A stretch of 64,000 bases of DNA from Lingula anatina (lineage: Eukaryota; Animalia; Brachiopoda), in the NCBI GenBank assembly GCA_051362555.1, contig CM120641.1, positions 23,194,401 to 23,258,400 on the forward strand, read 5' to 3'. Each line of letters begins with the position of its first letter. Positions within the stretch are counted from its first letter, which is position 1. Positions 61,342 to 64,000 of this stretch are shown here, piece after piece. The position numbers and the translations under genes were made by a program. Under the pieces are notes generated by a model that saw nothing but the letters and a program-made list of their open reading frames with translations, was not told where the DNA came from and did no database searches.

Positions 61342-63337
61342 TCATACCGTGTAGCGGTTTTTTGTGGTAGATCCTGCTTTTGCAATGGTATCTGTGTGGG
61401 CCTGTAAAAAGTTTAATATCTACCATCATCTGCTAACAGGTGAGAAATTCAAGTCTTACCAATTAATATTTAAGGACATGTATGAGCCTCACTGTTATTT
61501 TCAATAGTAGCAATGATCTTGATAAAATTTAAATGTACACTTCAATCTTCCAAAGATTAAATAATAGATCAAATAGACATGATAAGGTTACGATGCCAAT
61601 GATTTCCTTACCTGGAAACCTATTGCTATTTTCTGTGGTATAGTCAATCTTTCTTTTAGTTTTTTCCTAAAAAGAAAGGGGGAAATATCATCCAAGGATT
61701 TAAGACTGTTCATAAAACTGAAAGAATGATTTTTATTGACAAAGAAATTTCGTTATTAAAAGGTATTCCAATATTTGGATTATATTTTTTATGTAAACAA
61801 TAATATCACTATTAATATGTTAATTTCTGAAAATAATGGTCAAGTTGGGGTAAACAAACACAAGTTGTTTATACTTGTGGCTGTATACCACCCTGAGCTT
61901 CAGAGATAACTTGCCACTAACCTCTTCACTATAGCCTATCTTCATCGTGTCAAGTTACCTCTGACGAAAATAGTTTGACCTAGTTTATATAAGCCAATCG
62001 AATCCATGTTTCAAATTTTTTCACCAAAGTTTGGTGAAAACGCTGATTGGTTGACCGTCAATCGGCAATCCTCGGCTGATTCCGCAAGCTCCATACTAAC
62101 AACAAAGTTATTGTCGAGTGCGGAGACATCCGAGTAGTTCCGAGTGCATAACCGAACACAAAGAAAGCATGGCGTCTCCTACGAGTGACTACGTAAAATA
62201 ATGTGTTAAGTTATCTCTTGATTCTTTGCAAAATATGAGTATATCGGAATTGAAACCAGAGCAGTTTGAGGCCCTGCATCATTATCTACTGAGGGATGAT
62301 GTATTTTGCGTGCTGCCCACAGGTTACGGCAAGTCCCTGATATTCAGCCTTATCTTTGATTGGTCCGGATTTGAACAAAGCGCGCTTTGACTCGTTCGCG
62401 TTCATTGGCTAGATCGTTCAATGAGTCATTGAGTGCGGGCTTTAAATTTGATTGGCGGGCGGCGGGGGCTATCGAATGTGGTCAGAGGTAACTTGACACG
62501 ATGAAGATAGGCTATAGTGAAGAGGTTAGTGGCAAGTTATCTCTGAAGCTCAGGGTGCTGTATACAGTTTTAAGCTTCAAAACTCAGTTGCTACATTATA
62601 AATTTATTTCTAAATACTATCCAATACTGAAATATTTGCATCTTCCCTTGCCTTAGGCTATTAAATGCATCAACCCCCCCCCCCCCCCCCAGAAACACAT
62701 GCACCCACACACACACCCAACTCAAAGCCCATTTATATCAAAGCATACCCTATTTTAACTGTGGCTTCTGATTTCCATGCATCACTTGTCCACAAGCCCA
62801 GCTTGTCACCCTTGTTTCTGATATTGACTACAGCACCACACACCTCATCACTGCTCTCCTCGAAAGCTTCACCTATTAGGCACAGGAGCTGTGAAAGATA
62901 TGAAATATTTGAAAGATTAACAGTTTCAACAAGCATAAGGTCTGAATCATATACAACCTGCTGCAGAAATAGTTCAATTGTACAATTCAAAAAGAACATT
63001 AAGTCTACAACTTACAAAGAAATGCTAAACTGCAGGTAATAAAATATAGCTTATGTCAGTTTAAATCTGCTATGTTTTATATGCTTGATTACACTTTATC
63101 AACAGCATCTTAGTCAACCCTTGCTTTAAATGGCAATGTTATGACATTCTATTTCCAAATATTATTACTCCATTGAAAAAAATCATTGCAGACTATCAAA
63201 AATTCTTATTTTGGTCCACTTACTGTTTCTAGCCAGAACTTGTCTAGATCTGTATGCCTCTGTTGTTTGTTTAGGTTTATTAACCATCTTCCCCCTTTTT
63301 TATTCCTAGCATCTTCCCACATTGGCTGAATACCATC
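61342..63337 (-). CDS. EIF4E: Eukaryotic translation initiation factor 4E (class I), 3' exons only
   Basis: Exons 63224-63337 (DGIQPMWEDARNKKGGRWL..LDKFWLET), 62749-62888 (LLCLIGEAF..VCGAVVNIRNKGDKLGLWT), 61612-61666 and 61342-61401 (HTDTIAKAGSTTKNRYTV*). The 5' exons lie beyond the window. Confidence 0.95.
61889..62557 (+). mobile_element. AcademH-like non-autonomous DNA transposon with a RecQ helicase remnant, in an eIF4E intron
   Basis: Perfect ~77-bp TIRs and 8-bp TSD CTGTATAC (a 9-bp reading is possible). Internal 62169-62351 translates with one stop to ..ELKPEQFEAL..DVFCVLPTGYGKSLIF, the RecQ Q-motif plus Walker A. Confidence 0.8.
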
Positions 63338-64000
63338 CTGGAGAAGATATTAATGTAATGAATGATTCACAGGAAATGAAATGCAGTTTATGACTGAAGT
63401 ACAGAAGACATTTTTATCTAAGAAAAATGTACTAAAACTGTAAGCAATTCATTTGTAAAACTTGTCAATGTGTGTAAACTGTTTGTACTTATTGTTCCAT
63501 GTCCACCTGACTTGACACCAGAGCCATGTCAAGGTAGCCAGGACCTTAAGAAAACTTCCCATTTACTATTTATATCTGCCAAGACCTTATTTCTAGGTCA
63601 GCACATACTATCCTAGTCTACTACTGTAAATGCACAATCATTTGTTAAAAACATATTCAGTAATTCATCTTAACATCTTAAAACAAAAGCCCAACACATC
63701 CTGTGCCATTAACTTTTCAGCTTACCAGTTTCACCAGATTCCCAAAATCAACTGGTCCTAATTAAGAATCACTGGTCAAAAAAAAAAAAAAAAATTCACT
63801 CAGATCCCTATTACAAATTAATAATAGTAATGACAAGACCTTGATTTTGTCAAATCTTTTAGGAATGCTTCCACCCATGGAGACGCACTCAAAAATATCT
63901 ATTGTAAATTGTGGAAAAAGTCAGTTAAAAAAAAATGCCATGTCAGACCACTTGATTCACACATTCTAAAAAATCTACTAGCCCACACAAAACTTTACTA

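Overview
AT-rich eukaryotic (metazoan) genomic DNA with spliceosomal introns. The repeat content (Helentron/HINE-type elements) suggests a lophotrochozoan, probably a mollusc; this is inference. Six intron-containing protein genes can be assembled by hand: DNPH1/RCL (+), CCAR1 (+), AP1AR/gadkin (-), nucleolin with 3 RRMs and a GAR tail (-), a divergently transcribed GAR-less two-RRM nucleolin-like gene (+), and the 3' part of eIF4E (-). The first ~14.7 kb and several introns hold transposon debris: three HINEs, Kolobok-like, Chapaev/CMC-like, IS3EU-like and AcademH-like elements, an L2-type LINE 3' end and MITEs. The most notable items are the head-to-head nucleolin/nucleolin-paralogue pair on a 427-bp E-box-bearing spacer, two U29/snR71-type box C/D snoRNAs in nucleolin introns, and a non-canonical GC donor with a candidate poison micro-exon in CCAR1. 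Exon boundaries were read by eye and homologies come from recalled family motifs, not from database searches.
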